Below, piece after piece: positions 32,865-44,116 of a stretch of DNA of 64,000 nt. Under the pieces are notes generated by a model. The model was not told where the DNA came from. It did no database searches and worked only from the letters and a program-made list of their open reading frames with translations. Source of the DNA: Calditrichia bacterium (GTDB lineage: Bacteria; Calditrichota; Calditrichia; JAJRVZ01). The stretch lies in NCBI GenBank assembly GCA_963796965.1, contig CAWCNS010000008.1, positions 288,001-352,000 on the forward strand, written 5' to 3'. Position 1 is the stretch's first letter. Each line of letters opens with the position of its first letter. The position numbers were made by a program, and so were the translations under genes.

Positions 32865-34415
32865 TTATTCTGCACCATGCTTTTTATTTATCCAGCCATG
32901 AAAAGTCAGATTAGATTCCGGCGCTTCATATTTGAAAAACAAACTGGCAACATATCCGACAACCAAAACGATTACATGTGTATAAACACCAAGCATGTAT
33001 TTATGGTGTGTAAAATTCCAATCTCCAAGATCGATGATCAGACTATCACCAATTTTCATTGAAGTACAAATTGCATATGCTGTAAAAAGAATACTGGAGA
33101 TAATACCAATATTTACGCCCCGGGCATTTGCTCTTTTTGTCAATAGCCCCAGCAGGAATATTCCGACGATACCACCTGAAAAAATGGCATAAAGTCCAAA
33201 CACAATTCCTAGCACTCCCTTACCTCCTACCTGCACATAAAGGGTGGCAACAATTAATGCAGCTATGCCGGAAAAGAAAACAACAATTTTACCAACTTTT
33301 AATCTCTGCACATCCGTACTTTCCGGTTTGAATCTGATATAATAATCCTCCACACCAACTGCAGACAAACAATTCATATCAGAATCTAAACTTGATACAG
33401 CAGCAGCAATTAACGCAGAAAGAATTAATCCAACCAGTCCGGTAGGTAATTTGGTAATAATAAAATAGGGGAACACTTCATCTGGTTTAATATTTGGGGG
33501 AAGTACATCAGTCGAAATCTGATAGTAAGCAAACAGGGCTGTCCCCACGAACATAAATAATGTCCAGACAGGTAAACTTAGCCAAACCCCCATCAAACCT
33601 GCTCTGATCGCCCCTTTGTCGCTCTTGGCTGTTAGATAGCGTTGAATAATGGTTTGATCCGTTCCATATTTTTGGATTCCATAGAATATGCCATTAAGGA
33701 CCATGACAATAAATGTCAGTTTTGTAAAATCCCAATCATAGGGGGCAAAACTAATTTTTTTATGTTCAATCGCCGTTTGAATAATGGCAATAGGGCCACC
33801 ATCTACGAGATAAAATAAAACACCTAATGTGAGTATCCCACCGGCAACAAGCATAAAACCCTGAATTACATCAAGCCAGATGACTGCCTCTATACCTCCT
33901 TTGAGTGTAATAAATATGACGGCAAATCCGATAATCCAGATTATCAAATAGGTATTTACACCGGTCATGCTTGTAAGAGCCAACCCCATCAGAAAGAATA
34001 CGGTACCCATTTTTGAAAAGTGTGTCAAAGTAAAAGCAAAGGAACTATAAAAACGAGCAAACGCACCGAATCTTTTTTCAAAATATTCATAAGCACTGAT
34101 CCCGATCACCTTACGATACAGCGGGACCACTATCCATACTAATCCGGAGAGAACGATGACGATCATAATTGCCTGGACAAGTAATATCCAGTTTGATTTG
34201 AATCCCTCACCCGGATAGGCAAGAAATGTTATGCTACTTATCAATGTTGCCAAAATAGACATACCCACCGCCCATGAGGGGATTTTTCCTGAAGCTTTAA
34301 AATAATTGTTTGTATCAGTCTGCCTCTTTGCAAAGTAAACACCGACATAGAGCGATCCCAGTAGCGATACTGCAATAACAACATAGTCGAACCAGCCTAA
34401 AGTTTGTTCGTACAT
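32865..34415 (-). CDS. Sodium:solute symporter (SSS; SiaT-like sugar-acid type)
   Basis: SILATLISSITFLAYPG, SAYEYFEKRFG, GGIEAVIWLD, DQTIIQRYL, SSLDS; many TM helices. Confidence 0.9.
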   Translation of the reverse strand: MYEQTLGWFDYVVIAVSLLGSLYVGVYFAKRQTDTNNYFKASGKIPSWAVGMSILATLISSITFLAYPGEGFKSNWILLVQAIMIVIVLSGLVWIVVPLYRKVIGISAYEYFEKRFGAFARFYSSFAFTLTHFSKMGTVFFLMGLALTSMTGVNTYLIIWIIGFAVIFITLKGGIEAVIWLDVIQGFMLVAGGILTLGVLFYLVDGGPIAIIQTAIEHKKISFAPYDWDFTKLTFIVMVLNGIFYGIQKYGTDQTIIQRYLTAKSDKGAIRAGLMGVWLSLPVWTLFMFVGTALFAYYQISTDVLPPNIKPDEVFPYFIITKLPTGLVGLILSALIAAAVSSLDSDMNCLSAVGVEDYYIRFKPESTDVQRLKVGKIVVFFSGIAALIVATLYVQVGGKGVLGIVFGLYAIFSGGIVGIFLLGLLTKRANARGVNIGIISSILFTAYAICTSMKIGDSLIIDLGDWNFTHHKYMLGVYTHVIVLVVGYVASLFFKYEAPESNLTFHGWINKKHGAE

Positions 34416-34606
34416 TTACTTTTCCTCACTTGGTTTTGATTTTTGTTTTCTTTGCATATGCAATTGAACCTGCAGAGTCTATGGATAGCAACATTGTATA
34501 TAGACCGCCATCTCCGGCGATATCACATATTGTTTTTCTATCGACATAAGTTCCAATAATAGGAAGACCGGGTGTAAAATTTACCCGGGAGTCATCTTGA
34601 TAACTA

Positions 34607-35524
34607 TTATATAAGGGCATATTTTTTATTTAATAACCTTAACTGCTCTCTTATTCCCTGCTCTAGTTCTGGGGAAAGACGCTTGAGCGGTGGTAAAACA
34701 TATGGCTCACATAATCCGGCTTCATTTAGAACAATCTTAAATGCTGCCAATGAATGCGACAAAATAAATCCCTTCTGATAAGAAAGGGAAATCTCGTCCG
34801 TTTCATTTTGCAATTTGCGTGCATTCTCTCCATCACCCGAAACACCCGCTTCATACAAATCTTGATACATTTTAGGTACCAGATTACCGGTGCTCGGTAC
34901 TATACCATCACATCCTTTTAGCAATGCTTCTGCCGAAACAGTAGCCCAACCACTCAGGTATGAGAAATCCGGTCGGTTAACCCATCTCCTTAAGGATTCT
35001 TCAAGTCGATCAGGATCACGCTCAGAATCTTTCAATCCCACAATACGCGGATGGTGGCTTAGTTTCTCTACCACATCCAGGGGTAAGGACAGTCCTGTTA
35101 CAGGAGGAATATTATATAGGATAAGAGGTCCGGGAATGCTTTCGATCAGTTCTTCAAAATAATTTAAAATTTGATCTTCGTTTAGGGGATAATATCCAGG
35201 TGGATGAGCCACCATTACATCCACACCCTGATCAAAATACTGTTGAGCAGATTCAATTGAAGTTTTTAGACAGTTTCCCGAAATACCGGCATAAGTAACA
35301 GTCTGTTTACCAGCCGTTTCAACCATATTTTTTACAAATTCCAATCGATATTCTTCAGGAATTGAAGCAGATTCTCCTGTGGTTCCCAAAATGAACGGCA
35401 TTGCCCCATTGGATACCACATGTTTGATTGACTTCCTTGCTGAATTTTGATCAATCTGTCTATCTTGTGTAAACGGTGTGACCATTGGAACGATAACACC
35501 GCTATACTTTTTTCTCTTCATCAT
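34607..35524 (-). CDS. DapA/NanA-family class I aldolase
   Basis: PMVTPF, GTTGE, YNIP, KDS (Schiff-base Lys). Confidence 0.9.
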   Translation of the reverse strand: MMKRKKYSGVIVPMVTPFTQDRQIDQNSARKSIKHVVSNGAMPFILGTTGESASIPEEYRLEFVKNMVETAGKQTVTYAGISGNCLKTSIESAQQYFDQGVDVMVAHPPGYYPLNEDQILNYFEELIESIPGPLILYNIPPVTGLSLPLDVVEKLSHHPRIVGLKDSERDPDRLEESLRRWVNRPDFSYLSGWATVSAEALLKGCDGIVPSTGNLVPKMYQDLYEAGVSGDGENARKLQNETDEISLSYQKGFILSHSLAAFKIVLNEAGLCEPYVLPPLKRLSPELEQGIREQLRLLNKKYALI

Positions 35525-35685
35525 TATTCACCTTTTCTACAAACATTTAGTACATATAAAACCAAAGTGATATAAATTTTTATCTACCCATCTACGTGAG
35601 GATATCTTTAAAATCATTTACGATTTTTATATACAGGTAAATATTTTCTATTATTTAATGTACTATTTAATTGTTTATCTTATTT

Positions 35686-35847
35686 TTAACCACTAAACAC
35701 ACAAAGAAAAATTTCTTAATAAAAACTTTGTGATCTTAGTGCCTTTGAAATCTTGTCCCGAAGGGATTCCTATGGAAGAGGATTTCATCCCAAAATATCT
35801 ACTTGATGTAGATATAGATATCGGGGCTTAGTGGACTTTGTGGTTAA
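35686..35847. repeat. Fold-back element (AACCACAAAG type) with internal insert
   Basis: TTAACCACTAAACACACAAAG ... CTTTGTGATCTTAGTG [insert] CTTAGTGGACTTTGTGGTTAA. Confidence 0.7.
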
Positions 35848-35853
35848 TTTTTT

Positions 35854-36789
35854 TCAATCAAGAAACTCCAAGATTTGTGATGCAATATCTTCTGAGCGCA
35901 ATCCAAACTTTTTTCTCATCTCATCATTTGAGCCCGATCTGCCAAACACATCCCGTACACCAATTCTTTTAACCCGCGTGGGATGATTTTCGCAAACATA
36001 TTCTGATACCGCAGAACCCACACCACCTATAATATTATGATTATCCACCGTTATAATACAATTAGTTTCTTGCGCAGCTTTTAAAATCGCCCCCCCATCC
36101 ACAGGCTTTAGAGAACTCATATTAATCACCCGGGATTTTATTCCGTGTTTATATTCCAAAAACTCTGCAGCCTCCATTGTTTGCGGAATCATTTCACCAT
36201 AGGTAATAATAGAAATATCACTTCCCTCTTTTAAAAGGGTTGATTTTCCTAACTCAAAGTTATAATTATCCGGTACATATCTTATAGAGGGTTCTCTAGA
36301 GACGCGGATATACATCGGGCCAACATGTTGCGTAGCAAATTTAAGTAAAGCCATCATTTCCCAGGCGTCTGCCGGTTGAACAACTGACATCCTGGGGATT
36401 GCCCGGGTAATTGCGATATCTTCAAGCGCCTGATGTGAGCCACCGTTTTTTCCTACAAATAATCCTGTATAAACACCAAGAATTTTGACATTTAGATTTT
36501 GGAGAGCGATTGAAGTCGTTACCTGGTCGCATGCCCGTCGCGTGCAAAACGCGGCTAAAGCAGAGGCAAAAGGTTTTAGCCCGGTTGTGGCCAACCCAGC
36601 GGCAACACCCATCATATTTTGTTCCGCAATACCAACTTCAATAAATCTATCCGGATTTTTTTCTCTAAATTCTTCAGTTATTGTACAGGTATAAAAATCT
36701 GCATCCAAGACCACAATATCAGGATCTTCCTTAGCAAGATCCACCAATGTACTGCCAATAATATTTCTGGGTACTAACATTTCTGACAT
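35854..36789 (-). CDS. Split transketolase, C-terminal (pyrimidine-binding) subunit
   Basis: DRFIEVGIAEQNM, RACDQ, SHQALED, GPMYIR. Confidence 0.9.
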   Translation of the reverse strand: MSEMLVPRNIIGSTLVDLAKEDPDIVVLDADFYTCTITEEFREKNPDRFIEVGIAEQNMMGVAAGLATTGLKPFASALAAFCTRRACDQVTTSIALQNLNVKILGVYTGLFVGKNGGSHQALEDIAITRAIPRMSVVQPADAWEMMALLKFATQHVGPMYIRVSREPSIRYVPDNYNFELGKSTLLKEGSDISIITYGEMIPQTMEAAEFLEYKHGIKSRVINMSSLKPVDGGAILKAAQETNCIITVDNHNIIGGVGSAVSEYVCENHPTRVKRIGVRDVFGRSGSNDEMRKKFGLRSEDIASQILEFLD

Positions 36790-36843
36790 CTTAAGTTACT
36801 CCATTGAGTTTATAGTAGAATATCTGTTCAATTATTTTTTTCT

Positions 36844-36962
36844 GCATAGCGCAGAGGGCACGGAATGAACTACATCACTGCTCCACATCCCTAGTGCAAG
36901 CTGTGCCAGTATGTAGGTGATCAGAGTGTTGCAGTTCAACCTGGCTTACCTTTGCGCTATGC
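36844..36962 (-). other. Long imperfect RNA hairpin between the transketolase subunit genes
   Basis: GCATAGCGCAAAGG pairs with CCTCTGCGCTATGC and TGAACTGCAACACT with AGTGATGTAGTTCA; a G-U pair works on the minus (mRNA) strand. Confidence 0.6.
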
Positions 36963-37808
36963 TCCAGGCGTTTTGCTAATAGATCCCGTCCGCAACTCTT
37001 CTATGGTCTTCTTGGCATCCTCCGGAGTGAATACAGGCATAGCATGGGAACTACGGGTTCCTTCGATCATGGACATCCCCTTACCTTTTACAGTATGTGC
37101 AATGATCATCGTTGGCTTCCCTTTAACCTCTTTTGCCTTGGCTAATGCATCCAGCAATTCAGCAACTGAATGTCCATCAACTTCTAAGACATGCCATCCA
37201 AATGCTTGCCATTTATCTACCACCGGTTCTAAGGGAACCGTCTCCTCGATTGGTCCGGTTAAAGCAATTTTATTATAATCCAGAATGGCAACGAGATTGT
37301 CAATTTTATAATTGGGGGCCAACATGGAAGCTTCCCATACCATTCCCTCATTTGCTTCCCCGTCTCCAATTATGACGTATATGCGAAAATCTTTTTTTTG
37401 TATGCGTGATGCCAGGGCCATACCTATTCCTGCTGAAAGCCCTTGCCCCAATGCTCCCGTTCCCATGTCGATTCCTGGACATATGCCCAACTCCGGATGT
37501 CCCTGAATAGGACTATCCACCTCATACGGATGATAGAGTTCTTCTTCTTTTAAATACCCTATTCTGGCCAATGCGGCGTAAACCGTAAAACAGCCGTGCC
37601 CCTTTGAAAGGATGAATCGATCTCTATCTGGATCGTTTGGATCTTTCGAATTTATCTTCATTTCATTAAAATATAAGACAGAAACCATTTCAGCTATGGA
37701 CATTGACCCTCCGGCATGTCCGCTGCCAGCTACTTCCATCATTTTTACTACCTGAACGCGTAAATCTGTTGCAATCTGTTCAAGCCTTTTTATTTCTTCT
37801 TGCTTCAT
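36957..37808 (-). CDS. Split transketolase, N-terminal TPP-binding subunit
   Basis: GHAGGSMS, RDRFILSKGH, GALGQG, GDGEANEG..N. Confidence 0.9.
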   Translation of the reverse strand: MKQEEIKRLEQIATDLRVQVVKMMEVAGSGHAGGSMSIAEMVSVLYFNEMKINSKDPNDPDRDRFILSKGHGCFTVYAALARIGYLKEEELYHPYEVDSPIQGHPELGICPGIDMGTGALGQGLSAGIGMALASRIQKKDFRIYVIIGDGEANEGMVWEASMLAPNYKIDNLVAILDYNKIALTGPIEETVPLEPVVDKWQAFGWHVLEVDGHSVAELLDALAKAKEVKGKPTMIIAHTVKGKGMSMIEGTRSSHAMPVFTPEDAKKTIEELRTGSISKTPGA

Positions 37809-37922
37809 TTTAACCTCTTGGTTGACTTTTGACTATTTTCAATTGAAATAGGATGGGACTACTATCATTATGAAAATTCCCAATTCCTAATTTCTAACTC
37901 CAGAATAATGACAAATCTTCTA

Positions 37923-39345
37923 TTACGGTTCATCTAAAAATCTCCAATTCGCCTTCTTAGGATCATATTTTGAATTAATTGTCATCTCCTGTACGTCTAG
38001 CCGTTTACGCCATTCCTGCAAACTTTTTCTCATTTGTGCAGCTTTTTCGGGCATCTCGTTTACCAGATCATTTTCTTCACCAATATCTTCTTTCACATTA
38101 TAGAGATTAATTTGCGTACCTTTACCAGTCAAGGTCTCTTCATACCATTCAATCAACTTGTAGTCTCCCGCACGCATAGCCCCTCCCGGAAGATAACCCA
38201 AATGATGATAATGGGGATAATGAAAGTAGAGTGCCGAACGATCAATCCCACCGGTTCCCTTAAGAATAGGCATAAGATTGACCCCATCTAAATCAGTTTT
38301 ATCATATATGGCACCGATCGCCGCCATGATAGTCGGAAAAAAATCTTCCGAAGTAACCAATGCATCAGAAGAACGCCCAGGAGAAATGACACTGGGCCAT
38401 TTTATTGCCATTGGGACCCGAAGGCCACCATCAAAAACCATGGCTTTACCTCCTCTCAAGGGTGCCTGATCCTGTAACTGTTCAAAACCGCCGTTATCAG
38501 AATAAAAGATGACAAGCGTTTTTTCCGTAAGACCCAAATCCTCTAGTTTCTTAATGAGCTGACCGATTCCCATATCCATTCGTTCTATCATTGCCCCCAT
38601 GATAGGATTATTGATATCCAGATCTGAACCCGGTTTATCCTGATATTTTTTAATCAGGTTAGCTTTTTCGTGTAAGGGGCGATGAACCGTGTGATAAGCT
38701 ACGTAACAGAAAAATGGTTTACTTTGGTTCTTATCGATAAATTGCAGAGCAAGATCAGTGATTTCAATGGTATGATGGGCGTCTTTTTCTGAGTCAGCAT
38801 CTGCCGTTGGTTTAACCGAAGTAAACACTTCATCAAAGCCTTGGGACCCCGGATCTTGTGGCCTTCCAGGTTTGTAATTCTTATCCTTGCTCAAATGCCA
38901 TTTTCCAAAATGACCTGTTGTATAACCATTTTCTTTCAGTTTTTCGGCAATGGTTATCTCTTCCAGAGGGAGGCCAAGAATTTGCTGTGGTGTCGTAAGT
39001 TTGGCATAGGGATATGGACTTCCGGGAATGTAATCTGTCAGATGTAAGCGGGCCGGGTGCTTTCCGGTCATGATCCCACTTCGTGTGGGTGAACAAACCG
39101 GATCTGAGGCAAAAGCATTACTAAAATATATGCCATCGGCAGCTGAGCTGATCAATATTGCCGGTTTCATAGAAATCAACACCATGGTATCCGACCTGAT
39201 TCCAACCCAGATCATCGGCTAGAATAAAAAGAATATTCAATCGATCTTCTTGTGCGGGCTGACAACTAAGAAATATGAACCCAAAAAAAAGACAGATTAT
39301 TACTTCAAAGAGAAACTCTTTAGTTCGTTTAATCTCAGAAACCAT
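37923..39345 (-). CDS. Cys-type S1 (arylsulfatase-like) sulfatase lipoprotein (frameshift near 39145)
   Basis: Lipobox FLSC; ILADDLG, CSPTR, GKWH, SDNGG, GGK. Confidence 0.9.
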
Positions 39346-39407
39346 TCCAACCTCCTACATCTGAATTGCTAGTGTAAACTTCTAATTTAACCACCTATTA
39401 AAACAAA

Positions 39408-39455
39408 AACAGAGCAGCGCTCTGTTAATTTAAAAATCCGGGATCGCCACATCAA
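39408..39455 (-). promoter_or_regulatory. Candidate sigma70 promoter with a palindromic operator directly downstream
   Basis: TTGATG-17nt-TAAATT (39455-39427) followed by AACAGAGC-N3-GCTCTGTT (39408-39426). Confidence 0.6.
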
Positions 39456-39608
39456 GTTTTTTCTACAAATACGCTACAATTCCCGCCGCATTTTACTTCT
39501 GTTTAAGTATAGGCACTCTATCATTACAGCGAAATGCATATTGAAGTATCAGAAAAAAAAATACTATTATAGAAATATTTTCGATTTTACTCAATTTAAT
39601 ATCAATAA

Positions 39609-39636
39609 CGTTGCGTCGCGGCGGCGCTGCGTGAGA
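39609..39636. repeat. Solo right arm of the TCTCACGCAGCG element family
   Basis: CGTTGCGTCGCGGCGGCGCTGCGTGAGA matches the arm at 49521-49540. Confidence 0.6.
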
Positions 39637-39660
39637 TCTGTTTTTGACGGGATGTCCTAC

Positions 39661-40563
39661 TCAATATTGATCCAGCGTTTTTGAAAGCGCAATAGCCCTC
39701 TCAATCATCTCATCCGCTATCTTTTCATGAAAACTATCAAATGGCAAAATGGGCTCTCGAACCTTCGGTGTGGAAAAAATACCCAATTTATGATAAAGCC
39801 GCTTCCCAAAATGAACCGATATATCCAGATGCTGATGTGAAAAGGCCAGAATTGTTAAAAGATCATAAAAAATGTTTTTAGCTCGTTCCCTCTCCCCGGT
39901 ATGGTGAAGCTGATAAATTTTGGTATAAACTTCAAGGAGGACTGTTGGCATAAATGCATTTACACCACGGTCAAGTCCCTCAATCATTTGACCGCCTGCC
40001 CATCCACCTGAGACGTGAAGTTCTCCTGCGGTTGATTTTAATATCTCACTATATTTTATACCAGCAGGGACAACTTCCACTTTAAGGCATTTGAAACAGT
40101 CTATTTTTTCAAATAAGTCAACTATCACATCAACCGGTATTCCATAGCCATGAAAATCCCAATCCTGTATCATTAAAAATCCCGGATCAAGTTCAGCAAT
40201 TTCAATTATATCTCTTTCGAAAGAAGTACGATCATCAAAAGGAATACTGACTAATATGCCCTGGCAGCCCAGATCAATCAAGGAACGTGCCTGATGTAAA
40301 CGATCCTCTTTCCTCTCTGCGGAGGCTCCACCAATTACTGTCACGCCTCCCTCACATGTTTCCAAAACAGTGGACACCATTTCTAATCGCTCTGCGGATG
40401 ACAATTTTTCCACTTCTGCAGCCTTCGCAGGAACGAGAAATCCTACCACACCACCTTTTAAAGCATTCTGAACATAGCGTTTCAAAGAATTATGATCAAT
40501 TTCGTTTTGCTCCGTGAAGGGAGTGTCACAGACAGCAATAATACCGTTTAAGTTCTCAACCAT
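39661..40563 (-). CDS. DapA-superfamily protein, atypical subfamily (2-keto-3-deoxy acid dehydratase/aldolase-like)
   Basis: TPF; PAKAAE replaces GxxGE; IQD replaces YN; KVE catalytic Lys. Confidence 0.8.
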   Translation of the reverse strand: MVENLNGIIAVCDTPFTEQNEIDHNSLKRYVQNALKGGVVGFLVPAKAAEVEKLSSAERLEMVSTVLETCEGGVTVIGGASAERKEDRLHQARSLIDLGCQGILVSIPFDDRTSFERDIIEIAELDPGFLMIQDWDFHGYGIPVDVIVDLFEKIDCFKCLKVEVVPAGIKYSEILKSTAGELHVSGGWAGGQMIEGLDRGVNAFMPTVLLEVYTKIYQLHHTGERERAKNIFYDLLTILAFSHQHLDISVHFGKRLYHKLGIFSTPKVREPILPFDSFHEKIADEMIERAIALSKTLDQY

Positions 40564-40619
40564 TTATAAGATTATCCCTAATTTTTATTTTCCAAAATGA
40601 TCAGGCTGGTAGGAAATTC

Positions 40620-41258
40620 TTAAGAATTAAAATATTTATCTACTGTTATTTTTTGCTGCTCGATATATTTATCAACCTCTATGATTGTTCTTTTTATATC
40701 ATTACGTGGATAACCAATTAATCTTAAGCTATAATCAATTATCGTATTACTCAGCACAGAAGATTCTTCCTTTAACTTACCTTGTCTCTTCTGATCAAAA
40801 ATGCCATCGGCAATCCCTTGTATTGCAATGGCCAGATAGTCAATTTCTATCGGGGATATTTTATATTCAAAGAAGGTTTTGAGTCTAAGTCTCTTATTTT
40901 GTAACGAGTACTCGTGTATCTCTGGTATATTCTGTGCCGCAGCAAAGAACTGTGAGGTCTTTGGATGTTCTAAGGTTGTTATATAGCCTATCCGGAAATC
41001 CAGGGCAAACCCTACTTCTGGCCGGAATGAAAGTTTAGAGATATCATTTATCTGAGTCCTCAAGACATTAACATAATCCTTACAAATTACTTTTAATATG
41101 CTCAACTTGTTGGGAAAATGAAAATATAGATTGCCCATTGACGTGTTTGCTGAATCCACAATCTGCCTCACAGATGTGTTTTCATATCCGTTTTCGGCAA
41201 ACAATTTTCGTGCAGAATGGAGAATTATTTCTCGTTTATTTCCGTTTTTTTTGCTCAT
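40620..41258 (-). CDS. TetR/AcrR family transcriptional regulator
   Basis: ARKLFAENGYENTSVRQI..SMGNLYFHFPNK HTH. Confidence 0.92.
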   Translation of the reverse strand: MSKKNGNKREIILHSARKLFAENGYENTSVRQIVDSANTSMGNLYFHFPNKLSILKVICKDYVNVLRTQINDISKLSFRPEVGFALDFRIGYITTLEHPKTSQFFAAAQNIPEIHEYSLQNKRLRLKTFFEYKISPIEIDYLAIAIQGIADGIFDQKRQGKLKEESSVLSNTIIDYSLRLIGYPRNDIKRTIIEVDKYIEQQKITVDKYFNS

Positions 41259-41288
41259 ATATTTTGATCCGGTTCTTCATTCAGATAA

Positions 41289-44112
41289 TTACTCAAACAC
41301 TATTCTCACATCATTTAAATAAGGTGTTGCACCACCATTTGGTGTAAGCAATCGCGCCCTGTATTGTATCCACATACCTTTCTTTTGCGTTATCGATTGG
41401 CCGGGTCGGTTAAACCATGACTTCTCACCGCTGGGACCCTGCCATTTTGCTTCAGCCAAGGCATTTTCAGATTCAGCCATTCTGATCTGAAATTTCACAG
41501 AAGTACCAAAGGGTGTATCCACCTTCCAGTTTATAGTTGACGGTTTTAAGATTTCACCGGTATGAAAGGCAGATGAAATATAGTCTTCATAAAACCCGCG
41601 ATCATAGCTATTCCCAGGATCGCGTACATTTAAGCCGCTCGGACCTGCAACCTCTATCTCCCAACGCCGCTCGTCCGAGAACCCATCTTTTCCTCCCCAA
41701 TAAAGCATCGATGGTGTGGTATGTTTGTGAGGTATGGGCTCAATAATAGAACCCGCCCGGCGGTGATTGGCTACCAGAATATCCAACCATCCATCACCAT
41801 CATAGTCAGCAGCCTCAGACCCTGAAGCACCATAAGTTTTTAATGCCATTGGGTCACGGTTTGAGAATCCACTTGCACTTCCCCAGTGAATGAGAGAGGG
41901 ACGATTTCCCTTGAGATCTGTTCCGTAACTGGCCAAAAAGATATCAAGCCACCCATCACGATCAAAATCGGCAATACTATTCTCATAGGGTATATTCGCT
42001 TCTATCTCAATCCTGTTATCCGCTAAAAATCCTGTGGAAGAGCCATAATAGATAAAAGATGTATTATAGTTCTGATGGGGCCGACGTTTTGGCAGGAACA
42101 GATCAAGCCAACCATCCTTATTCAAATCCGCACCTTTTATATACATCAAATGATCAGGACGGCCTAAATCAATTTCCGTGAATTCTGTATCACTAAAACC
42201 GGATGAACTTCCCCACCAGATTTTAATTTTACCATCTTCCACCTGTCCGCAAATATCCAACCAGCTATCCTTATTTAAATCCATGAGCAGGGGTGCTCTC
42301 ATTTTTTCAATGTCATGATGAATGATCTGCCTGTTTTGGTGAACAAATCCCTGTTTTGATCCCCAAAAAATCGGAATTCCATGCTTATCCGGGTTTTTCA
42401 GATCAATTGCTGAGCCTCCAGAGAGCATATCGAGATAGCCATCTTTATTTATATCAGCAATTCTCACACCCCCATAGGCAGTCTGCATGGTCAGACGTGA
42501 AGAACTATTAAAGTCTTTTGAACCACCCCAATTAATAATTAAACCATTCTGTTCATGGGGAATGCGGTACATAAAGCGTTCATTGGCAAAAACCAGATCC
42601 ACATGACCATCGTCATCTAGATCAGCATGGCTTTGCCCGAAAATATGATGTGTGTGCAACGCTGTTTGCCGTGAACTTGAGAAATCTCGTGTACCATCTC
42701 CCCAATAAATATGAGACATGGTTGGACCGTCCCGGAAATATCCCTCTTCATTGAAAAACACCACATCATCATCGACTATCATTATTGACATCTCCGGTCG
42801 TAGTAGCAAGCGTACCCATGGTAAGCAGCTGTGTATGATTCCCGTGATAAAAAACGCCTTTATCATTCCAATAAATATAGGAACACAGATTCTGTTGATT
42901 GGTAATACGTTGATTGCCGACAACAATATCAGGATATCCATCCTTATTTAAATCACAACTAGTAATCCCACTGGCCGCGAAGGTAGGTAAGCCGACCCTA
43001 TTTTTTTCAGAGATTAAGCCCTTTTCGGAATAGAAAATATAGGAATCCGTCCAGGTCGCGCCCCCTGGAGTAGCGGCATTTGCGACAATGACATCATCAT
43101 ATCCATCGAGATTCAAATCAGACAGAGCAACATCAGTGGGCTGGCTAATGGAAAGCCGGTAGGCGTTTTTATAATCAAATTTTCCACTTTTGCTTTGTAT
43201 GATGATGACAGATTGCTTAGAACAAATCGCTAAATCAAATGAGGAATCATTATTGATATCCCCTAAAGAAAGTGCATTGCCATTAACAGGGAAGGTTTCC
43301 CATTGTGTTGTATCCCCATAAGCATCCTGCCCGGAGAGCAGTAAATATGTTTTTCCGGCAGCAAGAGCAACCAAATCATCGGTTTGGTCATTGTCCAGAT
43401 CAGCAGTGGCAAATGCATTGGCACCTTTCCCTTCAAATACCAGGGGCATGCGATTTTCCGGGTGAAAGCCCTCCTTTGAGTTCCAATAAATGAAGCTCAT
43501 CATAGGACCTTCAGGAGCAATAATGCTTCCTGCCTGCCATTGACAGGCTATGGCCAAATCAACCCAGCTATCGTTATTAAAATCACCGGCGACAATGGCT
43601 TTTCCATGGTAGGCTGGTAATTCAATGCGATTTGATGGCGAGAACCCCTCCGCAGATCCGTACCAAATCCAGGCATTTACACGGCTAAAATGGCTATCAG
43701 CCGCGTTCGCAATGGCCAGATCATTAAATCCATCTTTATTAAAATCAGCAACAAGACCATCCCGGGAGCCCCCACCGGGAAGTTCGATACGCTGCCGTCC
43801 ATCGACTTGTCCCTGAGAATTTAAATAAATATAAGTATTTTCTTTTTCTGTATGCCCATGACCACTTGTTAATAAAATATCAAGATTACCATCATTATTA
43901 AAATCCCAGCGATTTATTATTTGGATGCGACCCTTTGCAGATACATAAAGATTGCTTCCGGCGTCCAAAAATGATCCATCTCTAAAATCCTCAAATGAGT
44001 TTTCTACCCATGTGTTTTGGGCAAATAGTTGAGGGGCAAGAAGGATAGGGAGGAGAACCCAAAACAGAAATAAAAGGGACCTCACCACTTTCTTTGTGCT
44101 GGGGTTAACCAT
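41289..44112 (-). CDS. FG-GAP/VCBS repeat beta-propeller protein (frameshift near 42775)
   Basis: More than 12 D(F/L)NxDGxxD repeats followed by I(Y/W)W(G/N)S; signal peptide. Confidence 0.85.
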
Positions 44113-44116
44113 TTGC

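Noticed and set aside
36844..36962. Hairpin as SRP RNA or a pyrrolysine/readthrough signal fusing the transketolase halves
   Set aside because: It lacks the SRP helix-8 GNRA/AGCAG motif, and an in-frame TGA follows six codons after the TAG.
35854..37808. Assignment as apiose-pathway transketolase AptAB
   Set aside because: There is no apiose isomerase, apulose kinase or GH140 nearby, and I cannot match the motif; left unassigned.
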